This document shows, in pieces, positions 61,345 to 64,000 of a DNA stretch of 64,000 bases. The number at the start of each line of letters is the position of its first letter. Positions within the stretch are counted from its first letter, which is position 1. Origin of the DNA: the human T2T-CHM13v2.0 reference genome, Homo sapiens. The notes below the pieces were generated by a model that was not told where the DNA came from, did no database searches, and saw nothing but the letters and a program-made list of their open reading frames with translations. A program made the translations under genes and the position numbers. The stretch lies in assembly GCF_009914755.1 (NCBI RefSeq), contig NC_060926.1; one strand, 5' to 3'.

Positions 61345-64000
<2,656 letters not shown>

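Overview
Human (or very close hominid) genomic DNA from the HAAO locus (chr2p21 by gene identity). The minus strand carries HAAO coding exons 1-4 (codons 1-117) and a CpG-island promoter; exons 5-10 lie off the left end, beyond an Alu-riddled MER4 ERV in intron 4. Upstream of HAAO are a processed FTO pseudogene, an intron-containing tRNA-Ile(TAT) gene in its own CpG island, a full-length processed CHORDC1 pseudogene abutting a third CpG island, a HERV-W LTR17 solo LTR, and many Alu/L1/L2/MaLR/DNA-transposon fossils. I see no new protein-coding system. The most interesting signals are: (1) the FTO retrocopy appears to record an unusual FTO transcript, with a cryptic exon-3 donor, read-through into intron 4 and intronic polyadenylation; (2) a CTCF core overlapping two HNF4 motifs in the HAAO promoter; (3) a tailless U2 retrocopy with a perfect TSD; (4) an octamer cluster/palindrome built from an L1 3' UTR; (5) a 370-bp dispersed duplication with a possible gene-conversion tract; (6) nested insertions reusing the same target site. 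Parent-gene and repeat-family comparisons are from memory of the reference sequences, repeat boundaries are approximate, and subfamily names were not verified by search.
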